Shown: positions 29,722 through 43,900 of the stretch, piece by piece
How positions within the stretch are numbered: position 1 is the first letter of the stretch
Layout of the letters: each line of letters begins with the position of its first letter
Source: Tubiluchus corallicola
Lineage: Eukaryota > Animalia > Priapulida
DNA length: 64,000 nt
Reading direction: 5' to 3'
Assembly: GCA_030141605.1 (NCBI GenBank)
Contig: JAQGDQ010000034.1
Span: 310,001-374,000 of the forward strand
The notes under the pieces: model-generated
Databases searched by the model: none
Seen by the model: only the letters and a program-made list of their open reading frames with translations
What the model was told of the DNA's origin: nothing
Translations under genes and position numbers: made by a program

Positions 29722-30534
29722 GATAATAAAAACGTATGTTAATTTTTTGCTTCACTATTGCAACTATTCTAATGATTGCACAAGTAATTCTCGTTACTCA
29801 TTAGTATTCTAATGAGTACTGGGTTTATGGCACAACAAGTTCTAATCAAACTTCAATATTCCCTGACCTAGTAAATGTTGCGGAGCCTCGATAAAATGTA
29901 AACTCTTGCGACTCTATGTAGAAGACACAAAAGTATAAATAATTCGACAACGGACGCTTATTTTAAACGACATGCAAAGCCAGGGTAGTCTTGTTTATGT
30001 ACGGATTAACTCTTTAATAAGAACATTTCTGTGTGCTCAGGCGATGTTAAAATTATATTATTTCAGAGTTATTGCTGCATTGTTTACTGTATGTCTTTGT
30101 GGGCTAATTATAGTAATGGTGTGATAAATAGACTGCTTATCTTAAAATACGATTCAGTAGTTGTGATATGTGTGTAAACCTCCACATTTTAGTCACATTC
30201 GTAGAAAATCGTGTTATAGCTTTTGAAATAGGTTATTACGGCACACTGGCAATGGTATTATAGCTGCTATTCCTAACTCACATAGACTTGTCAGCTCTTG
30301 GTTGTTTTTGTGAAATAGAATGCTACATAATTAAGTTCTAAAACTTTAGCTATTAATTTACTAACTCTGTATTTACATTTTAATCTTGTATTTTTTATTT
30401 CATTGTAATTTATTTCATTTTAATATTGTATTTGTATTTTATGTGGTCTTAATTACCGAAATAAAAATTTGAATTGAATTGAAACGAATTTGAAAAATAG
30501 AACTGAACTTATTGTCTGTTTTGTCTGTTTACAG

Positions 30535-30712
30535 CTTGGTTGGGCTAAGGAATAAACTGGCGATATGTGAGATTTCCGATCACGTGAGAAAACATCTTGG
30601 CAAGTTCGATACTGAGAAACACCTCAGCGAAATTACGTCATCAAAACGAACACTTTCCTCGGATGTACTGCAGTTTTATGACGCCCGCATCACACTTTTT
30701 CACAACTTCTAA
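30535..30712 (+). CDS. Possible terminal exon of an unidentified upstream gene
   Basis: Pyrimidine-rich acceptor ctgttttgtctgtttacAG; open frame LVGLRNKLAICEISDHVRKHLGKFD...TLFHNF*; phase-compatible with 20843-20963. Confidence 0.3.
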
Positions 30713-31053
30713 CGACTATTTAAAATACAAATATCGGATGCGGCTTAATGGTTGCCGTCGTACGACATATGAATATTTAATGGTGCATTATGCACATGGA
30801 AACGAACATGGTTTGGTTTTAGCATAGCGTTACTGCAATTATCCAAACCTATAAAATTAGCGAATGGTTGAAATCGAGAATGAATCAGATAAAAGACAGC
30901 ACTCGGCGCATTAATCTGTGAATACAACGCGGTGGCGTACTACTTACTACGGTCAACTGAGGCGAAAAAATAATTCTTTGCGTGCGTGATTGTTCTTAGT
31001 ACTTTTGTGGGCGGAGGTTACTAGAATCGAAACGCACATACTTATTGTTTAAA

Positions 31054-31155
31054 CTATCATTACTGTACAACTATCAACTAAAAATTGTTGAAATAATTGT
31101 GATAAAGACCTATCCCGATTAGATAGAAAAACTAAAAGTGTGATAGGACCTATCA
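31054..31155. promoter_or_regulatory. Cluster of six WGATAR (GATA) sites upstream of the LDLa/TSP1 gene
   Basis: Sites at 31054, 31071, 31100, 31121, 31141 and 31150; the last two form the palindrome TGATAGG-A-CCTATCA. Confidence 0.5.
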
Positions 31156-31261
31156 AGACCCATTCTGATTAACGCACGTGCTAAAAACAATTGGAATTGT
31201 GCGCAAGGATTCACCAAAGCCTATTCGGAAAAGACAAAGGGGAACAAGACTAAATGAAACA

Positions 31262-31496
31262 ATGGAGCTTCATTGTAACAGTTGCCAATGGCTGTTCCTA
31301 TTTAAAGCTTTACTGGCAATAGCGTTTACCTGCTGTGCTCATGCTCAAGGTTTACAATACTTTAACAGCAGAAGCTTACGTAAAAATGATTTAGCAGAAC
31401 TTAAGCAAACAAATTCGCTAGCAAATAGAATATTTCTGAGAGCCCCAGGAATATTAGATCGATTAGATTTCATACCAGGCCAAAAGAGGACAACAG
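31262..31496 (+). CDS. First coding exon (signal peptide) of the LDLa/TSP1 secreted protein gene
   Basis: acaATGG start; MELHCNSCQWLFLFKALLAIAFTCCAHA|QG has a hydrophobic core and an AxA cleavage site; consensus donor CAG|GTGAGT, phase 1. Linkage to the downstream exons is inferred. Confidence 0.7.
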
Positions 31497-33005
31497 GTGA
31501 GTCCGTTGTTGCTTTTTTTTACTTGACACACTGCAAACACTTTGTCCAGGCTTGTTAATGTTCCAGAAATTGTTTTTCCTGCCAATTATCTGTTGCTATG
31601 TTGTCATATATACAGAAGATTAATGATCGATATCGGTCTGATCTATTGACTATGTCACAGCAGGCACAACTTTATTATACAACATTTATATACTCCAGCC
31701 ACGATTTCTTATTGAACAAAGGTTAATTGCGTGATAGAAGCCATCTTCTGTTAAATAGGTAAAAACAGTATGGGCAACCAAAAAATCCAGTGATAAGAAT
31801 TCGTACAAGCAACACTGAGTGTCAAAGAAGGGAATGGAAGCCTGAAAGCAGAACATTAATTTTAACAGTAATTTATATTTGTAACCATAAAATTTACTAT
31901 TTAAGTTTGGGTTTTCCCTTTTTATGTGCAGACGTTTTTTTATAAACAGATCATTTCTATAAGTATTGCAAATTATCAGAGAAATTGGGATGTCACGGAA
32001 GCATGAGCTTTAAACATCAAACTGGTTCTTCTATTCGGCAGTGCAGTAATCATGCGAGCGCTTGGTTTACCCAATGGATTATCTGTCACATATATGGCAC
32101 TTAGGCTCCAAATAAGTCAAGAATCACGTTATGACTTCTGGTGACTTCAAAGTAATTGATAAAGCTACACATAGACATGAATTGCTTGTAAAAGACGTTT
32201 TGTACATACACAGGTTAAACTCCAATTCAAACAGTAAAGTTGGGGGGGGGGGGGTTCGCTGTTGCAATTAGTGGTCAGTCCATTTTTCCAGTGGCTTCCA
32301 TTCTTCTCTCTGGCATTGAGTGATGCTTGTGTGAGTCGCCCATCGGGACAGAAAATTGCTTTTATGACTTAAATAAAATTTGTTAGATTAGAAATTTTGG
32401 TTCGAGAATGGAATTAGAGTAACGTCTGCCGTGAGTCCATAAATTTGATATTATTAACAAATGCCACCTTTCATAAGTAATTTATTATTTATACGTTGTG
32501 CTTTCTTGTGTTTCTTTTTCGCTTGTTATTCTGTCCCCAACTAGGCCCACTGATTGATTATAATATTGAAAAAATAGTTTTTTTGCTATCTTGTGTGCGT
32601 TTTTATTAATTTTTCTTTTCGCTTAGCGGAATCAAAAATGTCAATGTCTTGCCATGCAATTTCTTTATTGTAGGACTTTTTATTAATAATTCCTCCATTA
32701 TTTAAATGTTCCTATTCGCCAACTAGGAGACGATCGAGTAATATGAATAGAGAACATTTTATGAGACGTGTTTTTTTTTAAAACAAGTGAACCTACACAA
32801 CCTGAGAGTGAAATCAGTTTCTGTCTGATTTCATTCATTCCATTTTACTAAAGTATTTATTCAAACGTGTATTTTAATCTAATCCGGTAGTTAATTCAGT
32901 ACAGTAAATTATACTGGCCATATATTTGATGCATATTGTTGACACTAACATTTGTAATACATTTTGTTCCCAAAGTTGTCAGAAAATAAATAAATCAGGC
33001 TGGAT

Positions 33006-33525
<520 letters not shown>

Positions 33526-34641
33526 GTAGTTTATTGACTATAAATACAATGATTAATACAAAAACTGAGGTAGCAGAAAATAATATAATTTACAGTCCAT
33601 TCATTATTCTTTTCAAGAATTTATCACAGGTGGATCATATTAGCATATGAAATAAAATAAACCAACTTTATACCATTGAAAAAGTGGTTATACATTTTAG
33701 TTTGATATTTTATGCGAATACTAAACATTATAATAAAACCACTGTTAGTTTTGAAAAATTTGTAACACTTTAGAGCAAATTTCACTTGATAGAACTGCAC
33801 CTTGTCTTTCGGGGGGTAAACTTCAACTGTTACGTGATGAAATTTGGTGGTCATACACCATGGGATACCTTTCCAAATAAAAAGGCCCGCTCTGCAAGCG
33901 TTTATGCTCTGCAGAATTAACTTCCTTCTGAACTCTGCTGGCAAAAAATGGGCACTAAGAAATCGGCTTTACCTCACGTTACTTAGGTGCCAAGCGAGAA
34001 CAGAAACGGTAAATGTGTAGGGCTTCGCGTATAAACGCATTTTAATTTGCTCTTAATTGAATTCTGGGAAGCCGAGCCGTTTGTCCGATTAAATTCCAGA
34101 AAGTTGTCTGGCTTCAGACAGTTTTTCGATTGAAATCGGCACTATTACTTGGCTTCTGTCATTTAATCTTACATTGCCATATACCCAGTTGACTCCCACT
34201 CTTCATCAGTCGTCTATTAGTTGAAATTCTTAGGTGCTGTCGTAAAATACTGTCAACTTGTTTTTAACTTTCGATTATCAAAAAGTATTAAAGAGTATTT
34301 GTTGCAAGTTCTACAAATCTGCGCATGCGTAATGTTTTTACGCATGTACATCATGCAGTGAAATGTGTACACATCATTATTCTGCCATGTTTTCTATTTA
34401 GAAAGATGCAGTTTCAAAAAGATTGTCGTGAGTTTGGTGACTAAAGTTAAGAATGGCTACGAAGCTGGTCAATTAATGGAAGGGTAAAAGTTTAGGAGGA
34501 TGTGTACACGTGGCTAAAATATCTCTATTGGTTCAGTGGCTCATCCTTGATGCATAGCGCCTTTAAAATGAATCGCATCCCAGTTAGGACTATCCAATTC
34601 CAGCTTTCAGAATTAAACATAACAATTTTTTTATTTTATAG

Positions 34642-34715
34642 ATACAGTTGAAAGTAGCGGATATGACATTTGGGAGGCGCTTCAGCATAGTCAAACCAAC
34701 CGTCATCGGCCTAGA
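34642..34715 (+). CDS. Candidate exon 2 of the LDLa/TSP1 gene
   Basis: ttttttattttatAG acceptor; phase-1 frame open (DTVESSGYDIWEALQHSQTNRHRPR); GTAAGA donor in phase 0, so it needs a further 0-to-1 exon. Confidence 0.4.
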
Positions 34716-35941
34716 GTAAGAAACTGCGTGAATTTGTCACTTCCGCTTAGCATTTGTTCTCGAAATTTCAATCTACAAAATCTTCGAAACCTAATGGAAG
34801 ATAGCGAAAACTTCAGAAAACGAAGAAAAAGGGCAACAGCTAGAAGAAGCTGAAAGAAATCTACTAATCAAACACAAAATTTCAAACAATCTTACACACT
34901 GTGGAGCTTTTAAAGGAAAACAGTGCTTAACTTTTGATCGTAACGGTATAAAACACCGAAAGGGAAGATTGATTTACATTAGAGAAATTATTATCACAGA
35001 AGCCTAATTGCTTTAGTTTTTTTCTCGTTGCACGCGCTCAGTCGTAAAAACTTAGATGGGTGACATGCAGTGAATGCGCTGCAAAAACGCAAAACAAATA
35101 AAGCAGAGGCAATACTTGAGTAGCTAAAGTAGCTTGAGTAGCATTCCACCGATGACGTCAGGGCAGACTCTTAAAATCCAGGGACAAGTTTAAATTTTGT
35201 ACTTAAAATTTTCCACGCTTTTATGTTTTGTTGTCAATACTACACAGCAGTACAGCTTTCAATTTTCGCCTCTGGAAACGTGCAAAAGCTCACGGAAAGT
35301 TTCTGCTGCCAGAAAATTTTGCCCAGCTGTCATGTTATTACTACTGAGACGTGCACTCTGGTTGTGGCTACTGCATTTAGCTATAATATACGTATATATG
35401 AGGCATATTTTAGACAACTCAAAATGAGTTGTTGTCATAAAAACAATGCTGTTTTCCTTTAAAAATTGGTGATTCTATAATGTTATATCATCTACAGAGT
35501 CACATCATAAAAATCATTGGTAAATGATCACAAAAAAACTTAATTGTACTTTCCTAGTACAGATTACACTACAAAATGTAATCCAAAAATATCCCTTTAT
35601 TTTAGATTCTGCAAAAAAGTTGATGAAATGTTTTGTCGTTGCCGTACAATCTACACCGTGATTGTCGTAAAACGTACATCGTACATCACAACTGTTTTAT
35701 GGCATTGCATGTCTGAGGATTTAGGAGTTGTTGCTTTTCTTAAAGTTTTTTTCTAAATGCGACATTACTGGAATATGTATTTGCTAAATAACCTGTTGGC
35801 GGGTCGAGAAAGGGAAAAAAAATAAGAACGAATCCCATTAAAGGAAGTAATAAGGAGTAGAGAGGAAGTTTGCATGTTTGTAGAAAATAAAACAGAGCAG
35901 AGAGATAAATAAAATGAGAGAGAAGGGGTGGGATTAAAAGG

Positions 35942-35992
<51 letters not shown>

Positions 35993-38900
35993 AAGGGGGG
36001 GGGGAGAGGGAGAGAAGAGGATTGACTGGTAAAGTCTTGTTATAAACCACGGATTTAATAAAATTTTCGTGGTAGGTGGTTATTCTTAATGATAAAAAAG
36101 CTTTGAACGTCTAAAGAATTTGCTGTGTTTGCGGGTGCTTCGTACCATCGTCAAAACAGCTGCTGCATAATCTCCCTTCAATTATAACCATGTAAAACAT
36201 GTGACAGCCAAGGCCAATAATTAACCTGTCAGGTGTTTTCGCCTATATTCTCGTTTAGCATAGCCTTTCGGAAAAATAACCTCATTGATTCCTGACCATG
36301 GCTTCCGTGAAATTGAAGGCTAACGAAGAGGAAGCAGCTAATGGGCAAAAACAAAAGATCATAAATTCTGAAAGAACGTGCAGCTTTTCGTCGCGACGTA
36401 ATCCGACTTCCGCATTATAGAAAGCCCATTGAGAGATTACGTTTCTGCACCAAGCAAAGGCAAACGTCTTATTTGACCTACGTGTCAAAACGCTCTGCCA
36501 TTTTCACGTTCGTGACATTTAAGTCATCTAAGTTTGAAAAAATAAAGGCACTCGGCAAGTTGGGTTTATTTTAACGATTTCAGACTATGATGGCAGTATG
36601 ATTTCTTACCATGCATGTAGCACCTCGCTAGAGCTTGAAGGTTTCTGCCATTGAATTAGCTTGGACCCAGATGATGTAATTTTCGAATTTCAATTTATGC
36701 ATTTAGTTTGACATGTTAAGCAACTAATTAATTTCGTAGGCAACCTCTTACCGAGTCAGAGGTTTAGTCGCTAAACTACTCAACTAGATTATCGAGTTAC
36801 TCAATTCGAGCACTAAAATACTCATGTTTAATCAACAATCGCTGAACAACATGCACATAGTGGTCGTGCTGCTGTTATCTTAGAAACTATACTAAATTAA
36901 AACAGAGTTTCTCATTCAAGTTCAAGACTTGTCAAATTCATTCTCATGCCGAATCAGATCTGGAATCCTTTGCTTGACAATGATAAACCTTGTTTGTAAT
37001 GGAACATTAATATCCATCACCGTACCAGTATTTTGAATCATGTGTTAGCAACTATTGTATTATCAAGCCATATTTCATATTTTCTGTAATCGAGTTTTCA
37101 TGTACATCAGTGAAATATGTTACACGTTGAATCTTGGGATATGTTACACGTTCAATCATGGGATGTGTTATGAGCTGTAGAGCGGTGTACGAAAATTTAC
37201 GGACGTGTTATTGATAAACTTTCACGCAAATTTAAGGTAAACAGGTATTGCGCTGAAGTGTACGTTTAGCATCAGATCGTCTATATTTTCGGAGTGACTA
37301 TATGTACTATAATTATAACAAATATAATTATTAATAAAAGAGAATAGCGAGTGCACTAAATATGTATTCTGTCTCGTAATTGTGTTATGTGATAATGGTA
37401 TTTAGCAAAAAAATTCGACTGATGTCCAGAACTTGTAACTTGCAAGGATCTTTCCAGCAACTCACACATCAGTCCCAGAAATGTGCAGGTAGTTTCAACA
37501 GTGTTTTCACAAGGATATGGTAGCTACAGATACATTCACAAAAAGTAGCCAAAAAATAATTGCAGCCAGTCTACGAACACTTTCATTTCAAACTATAAAA
37601 AGCTGCACCAGGCTGTCACCAGCCATGCTGGCATCAAAATTTAGAACAATCTGTAAGTGCTATTATAATAATCGTACATAATAATTATATGATTTTTAAG
37701 ATCAAGATATTCTCTATCTAATATTTTTTCTCATTTATTTTTATTGTCTGAGGTCAAACATTTTCAGGAATTCACATCGTGTAATCGTCAAATTTGTATT
37801 GCTTAAAATAGTATTAAAAATGTTAAAACACACGTTTGTTACAGACAGAAACACCTTGTTGCACTTATGCATTTCACTATATAAAAATTTTCTAAAAAAA
37901 ATACGCGGTTGCTAGACAATCTAACCTAGTTAAAAATGCCAATACTGATGTAGGCTAGTTTCTTTTGAATACATTAAGAAGGCCAAATACCTGCCATTTA
38001 CCAACGTGACCAACTGAAGTGGTGAATAAAAATGTCTGTTTGTTTCGCTAATTTTCTTTTGTATAATATTTTTGCTACGTAAAGACATAGAGAGGCCTAG
38101 AGCATTGCTCGGCAAGAGATGATGGTGAACAGTAGAACTTTTCACATTTTGTCAAATTGTCACATGTAATCAAACGTATAATTTACAAATACTTGATCCA
38201 AGATGGGTTTTAGCGTTTCAATTTGTTTATCTTAAATTTCGCTTGCCTGCTCATTGGATCAATGCAAGATAACAGCACCACACTTTTGCACGTAAGTACA
38301 ACACACTTTTATCAATTCATTCCTACTTACTCCACTTCTTATTAATAGTCTCAGCATGAATAATTTTTGTGACACATAAGAGAATGTGTGACTAGTTTTG
38401 ACAGACTATCTGATTATTTTGAATACATACATGCAATAATCGCTCAGATTTCACCACCCGTAAATTAACATATTCTAAAATGACAAATGGCCACCTGTCT
38501 CTTTTTACGCTTAAATCGATGTTCAAAATTTTGAATTTGCTGCAATTTAATTTCATTATCATTGTTAGTTGCTCTTATTAATCCCTACACACATGCAGGT
38601 ATTATTACACGTGAGTATTACGATAGCACACAGATTCACCAATAATAGTCAGACCATCCATGCAACAACAAGCAAACAGTGACAGGCGCAAAGTGAGGTC
38701 CTTGTGGCACCCCTACATGTACAAAAATGGAGTTAGATATATAATTTCTCAACAGAAGAGCAGCGTCTGTACAAATAATTGTCTGTGCTAGAATATTTAA
38801 TTTTGCCAAACTCTTTCTTTGGTTAATATCTGTTGTGGAGATTCTATAGTATAGTAGAACAGTCGAACATATTTTGCGTTCCTTCCTACTTTGTGTTGTG

Positions 38901-39172
38901 GAATTCTCACACAATAAACCAGTTCAATTTGACAACGTGTTTTCTTGTTTTCTCTACGAGCCGTCCGAGAGAAAGAAACACAACAATATCCATCATAACT
39001 GAGTCTTCAAACAATTTTTTTCCAACGTACTTCCCCAGTGTTGCAGTAATTGTTACTGGCCACGTGATTCAAGTCGATTAATGTTGTGTGCTGCAATGTT
39101 AATCTCATTTTCCATACATGAAGCGAAACCTTATTCTTTGAGGAAAGTGTGTTCTTATGGTGGCAATCCGAG

Positions 39173-39613
39173 TAGGGGCGGAACTAGGGGGGAGCGAGGG
39201 GGGCTCACCCCCTTCTCAAAATTTGCGCCTCCCCTGCAAAATCGGACAAATAATTTTTTTTGCAGTGAAAATTGCAGTTCGCATGTAATCATTTTCAATA
39301 TGAATTAGAATTAAGTAAAAAAATGTTTGGTAGCTTCAGTGTATTATTTTCTTAAACCTGAGTGTGATAAATTCCTGTAACTAACAATTTAGTTAGAGGC
39401 ACATTAATAACGTTAGGTTAACTGAGAGTTAATTTTCTCATTATTGCTTTGTCCGCTACGCCGTCCTACACACGCTAATTATAGGCCTGCATGCAGTATA
39501 AAAGGGGTTAAAATTGGCTTAACCATTATTTAACCACTTCGGATACCTCGCCCCCCCCCCCAGAAATTTTTTGCGCCCCCCCCCCCTGCTTGCCACATCT
39601 AGTTCCGGCCCTG
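39173..39613. mobile_element. hAT-like MITE
   Basis: TIR TAGGGGCGGAACTAG / CTAGTTCCGGCCCTG; 8 bp TSD AATCCGAG / AATGCGAG. Confidence 0.85.
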
Positions 39614-42366
39614 AATGCGAGGATTTTATCGTATCGGCTGCAGAAGTTATTTTCCATGGCAAATAACTCACAAGTTCAAAATAGAAATTCAGAAATTCTG
39701 GCAATCACGGTCATAGTTAATTAATAGCAAATTCAAAAATATTGGACAAATTCTCAAAAAACCTAGGACATGCCCCCACTATTAATTATAAAAATCTGAA
39801 AATTATTAAAAAGGCAATTACTTGAATATAGCGCAAAATGGGCTGATATAGGACTAAAATCGCTTTTTTTCGGGTTTCAATCTATATTTCAAACGTTAAC
39901 ATGGCATTATTTTTTTGTATTGTCGAAACCTATTTGCCAAGCAACTCAATATGGGGCTTTTCGGGAGCGTAAGCAAGGCACGGCACATCCTAATATTAAC
40001 TACATAAAACCGAAAATTATAGGAAAACGGTATTTTACAGTACTGTTTATAATTCAAAACTTACAAAACTTGTCCTACTTTCCCAGATGGGCCATTTTAT
40101 AGGGTTTTCTAAAGACCCATATATCGTAATATTAGGTACATAATCCTAAAATTTGAAGGAAAGGCATTAATAATTAATTTCCTAAACTGAATGCGAACCC
40201 ACTTTTGCTGTTACTGTGCTAAAAGCACCAAGTTGTCCAAACACATCCATTTAGGGGTTTTCAAGGACGCAGAGAAGAACTTCAGCCACATACTTCTCAC
40301 ATAGCATTGTTGCTTCTTACACATTCTTACATTTTAATTAATTTCAATGTTAGTAATTCGCCACTGTTTAGCAATTAAAGTAATTTGCCCCCAGTTATAG
40401 GGTACTAAAATGTTGAATTGTAAGTTAAATGTATCACTGAACTAATGTATTTCTGTTAAGAAATCAGGCTTATATAATTATAATAACTGAACACGTGCAA
40501 TAGGCTATAATAATAAAACAATTAAAATAGAAACAGCCAAAGAAATATACATATACATACAACATTATATCTATGGTATACGATACACAAGTTTACAGAT
40601 ACAATATTGTTTCTCTTTTATCACCATTTCTGGTTTACACCTTTGTTGCAATTAAGAATCTGCGCAATAATGATAAAGAACAGATTCTTTAAAGAGAAAA
40701 CTTAAAAAAACATACTTTGCTAAGCACGTCTGCAATTTACTGGATGATGAGTAAGAAGTTCTAATCGCAGCGAAACCTGGTGTTGGAAATTTGATTTAAT
40801 CTAGAAAAACCTAACTGACTAGTGAGAAATGATTTGGGAGTTATATTCGCAAGACAAGGCGGATTATGATTCACTTCGTGGCTTTCACTGCAGCAAAACC
40901 TCTACCTTAAAAATCGAGCAACGCTGATTAGATGAAACATCGACATTCCTCTTGCAAAAATATTTTTGCAACATTACGATTACTAGTTTAGTAACAAAAA
41001 CAATAGTTCTGCTAGCTCTTTACATTGTCTGTTCTCGTTGATTAAAAAATCCTTGTTTAGTTCTTTTTTAATTAAGAATATAGGCATTTTTCTGACTTAC
41101 CGTATTTTTATGATAGGCCTACTCACTTGCATTGTGAAAATGTAGCAAACAATTAAGTGAAAACGTTCGTTCGTAAACTTAAAAGAATGGGCTACAATGT
41201 GAAAGAAAAAACATTTACAGCTGTAATTTTTACTGTGCAAAATATCTATTGTGCTACAGAAAAGTTATTTTAATTATGAGTGACATTGTCGAACAAAAGT
41301 CGTTATTGTGTTCTACATATACAAGTTACCTCTGGATATACCTTAACAATGCTTTCGTTTTGTTTATTGCCTTTTACAATTTTGTTATCATCAGGTAAAT
41401 TTTAAGAGGGAAACATTTTTCTGTAATCAGGTATACAGAGCCTTTACAGCAAACTAAACATAGTTTTGGTAAATTTAAAAAATGCATTTTCAATTGATAC
41501 GTACTTTCTCTCGTTAGAAATTCACCGTCAGCTCGGCTACAATGGGCCATCCATACGGTCACTCAAAACACTGCCGTTCTTGAGTTTGAGTTTGTCAGTG
41601 TTGAAGGACCGCGTGGACGCTGAGTATGGCAGTGAAGTTTGAATCTCATTCAAGTCCTGGATTGTGCGGCTGACGGATTTAGATTTCGGACTGCAACCAC
41701 GCAGTCTTGAGTTCAATACTAGCGGCTACAAACGCCAAGACATATACCTTGCATGTTATTCGTTATTTACCTGTATTATTGCCTGTATTGTAAGTGTAAG
41801 TCGCAAAATAGCCATTAATGCGAAAGTTGTCTGTTAAATGAACGACGGTAAATAAATGTTGTCTTTTGTATTTTCTGCATTTGTCTTTTTCGACAGTATG
41901 AGCTCGTCTCGATTTTCGTCAATGGCGGTATCATCCTGCGAATGAAAGCCGATAATAATGGAATTTGGTGACTCAGCTAGACGTGCCCATTTAATAAAAA
42001 TTATTAACAAAAAGCGACTGCATGAACTACATTTTCTACGTACACTAAACGTATAAGTGCAGAAATTTCCGACAGTAGACTCTTTGACTGTATGTTTTGT
42101 TACGCCGAACAAAATTAATCCATTTGATAAAATCTTTTAAGGCAATAATGCTTTAAATAATAATAAGACCATTATGGTAAAGTTTCAGTATTTTTTGCAC
42201 ATTTATTGCTGAAACTTTACCATCATTATCTTCGTACTATTTAAAGCATAACTGAAATTCTGTACCACCAAGAACCTGTTTTACAGCAACTAACTTGACC
42301 TTTAGCTTTTTTTCCCTTTTTGCCCAAGTCTTTATTATTTCAGTTTCTTTTTCTGCACGATTTTAG

Positions 42367-42519
42367 CTTCTTCATACACATGTCGTCCAGATGAATTTGA
42401 CTGTATGGTGAACACCGAATGGATGTTCGATTCTCAGCAAAATTGCATTTCAAAGGACAAGTTATGCAACGGCAAATTCGACTGCCTAAATAAACGTGAT
42501 GAAGGTCCAGAAGCCAACT
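42367..42519 (+). CDS. LDLa module exon 1
   Basis: ttttAG acceptor; SSYTCRPDEFDCMVNTEWMFDSQQNCISKDKLCNGKFDCLNKRDEGPEAN; 153 nt, donor T|GTAAGT, phase 1-1. Not in the ORF track. Confidence 0.85.
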
Positions 42520-42544
42520 GTAAGTAAGAATCGTAGGTATAATG

Positions 42545-43021
42545 CAGTGGTTCCCAAACTTTCTCGGACCGTTACCCAAATCGGGAAACCCGGTCGTGTC
42601 CATTACCCCCCCCCCCACCTAGTACTACTTCTCCAACTCAAAAAGTAAACACACGTATATGCCACAAGCAAGCAAAATTATTTATGTTTGCTCGTGACAT
42701 AAATAAATTTCTAGGTGTTGTTGTTGTATTGTTCTAAACTCTAAAGTCTAAACGCTGTGCAGAAATGTCGATAGAGAAGAAACCAAAGAAACAATCGTGA
42801 ACTTTGACTGCTCCCTGGGATCGCACCAGATCTCGTGGGAACGTGCGAATGATGGACCCCATGACACAGTGTTGCCTGCCGGAGGCAGTCTCTTCAAGAA
42901 GAAAACTACGTAAAATGCATTCCGAGCGAAGTTTTAAAAATTTTCAGAGGGGTGCCCGTTACCCCCCCAAAAAAACATATTACCCCCGGGGGGTAATTTA
43001 CCCCTACTTTGGGAACCACTG
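42545..43021. mobile_element. hAT (Charlie-like) MITE, recent
   Basis: Perfect TIR CAGTGGTTCCCAAA / TTTGGGAACCACTG; perfect 8 bp TSD GTATAATG. Confidence 0.95.
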
Positions 43022-43203
43022 GTATAATGTGATCAAATTAGCCGACCGTAATGATAGATTTCTGGCTGATCAAAGTTTCATATCTAAAAATATACAAAAA
43101 TTTATAATCGTTGTTAAGGTGTGCTTAACATGTTTTTGTTGCGACCTGCATGAAACTACAGTTGTTCCGTAAAATGCGTTATACATTTCCATGTTCTGGC
43201 AAA

Positions 43204-43374
43204 ATAAGCCTTTTCGCAGTTCCAGCGATTGATGATGATCGTGAAAAGGTCAAAGGTTAAGTGTACCAGACAACGCATTTGTGTACTTGTAGTTAAGACG
43301 CTTTGCTGTGGTATACTCAACCTTTGATCTACAGCAACTGTGCGTACGCATATCGAAACCGTGAAAAGGCTTAT
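43204..43374 (+). mobile_element. MITE family A, internally deleted copy
   Basis: TIR ATAAGCCTTTTCGC / GTGAAAAGGCTTAT; joins the two ends of copy 251-641; absent from the paralogous intron near 45405. Confidence 0.85.
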
Positions 43375-43564
43375 AGCGAATGCACATTTTTTTATTACTT
43401 ACAAGTGTTGCAAACATCGCTTTTATTCAGCGTGTTAACGTGAGTGTTTTCAGAAATTAGCGCCTGCTGTTAAATTATCACTGTGGGCGAACAAATGGTA
43501 CCTAGCTAATGTCTATCGGATAAGGATAAGTGTCTGGACTGGCAAGTGTCTTAGCCGATAATCA

Positions 43565-43900
43565 CCCACTCCGCCAGTCAGCATTTGGCCAATGTTACAT
43601 GTCGTCAGCTTATCATTTCACCAGTCTATCGTTTTGCCAGTCTATCTTCTCGCCAGTTTATCATTTCGCCAGTCTATCGTTTCGCCAGTTGCAACTAGAA
43701 ATAATGTAGTAAGTATTTAAATAGGAGTGAAGTTCGTCAGTGCATTATTTCGCAAGTGTGTCATTTCGCCAGTTCTAGTGAGAAATAATGCAGTAAGCAT
43801 TTAAATAGAGGTATACTTCGCCAATGCATCTTTTCGCCAGTGTGTCATTTCGCCATATGTGGATATGTACAATTCCTCTCTCAACTGGAGAGTGATAACT
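43565..43900. repeat. Tandem 16 bp TTTCGCCAGT-type repeats plus an about 80 bp duplication (probable TE remnant)
   Basis: TATCRTTTCGCCAGT units at 43610-43690; AGAAATAATGYAGTAAGYATTTAAATAG occurs twice. Confidence 0.65.

Noticed and set aside
37406-37652. Additional exon between candidate exon 2 and LDLa exon 1
   Set aside because: There is a strong GTAAGT at 37653 and several possible acceptors (37458, 37502, 37514), but the frames conflict and show no domain signal, so I cannot choose one.
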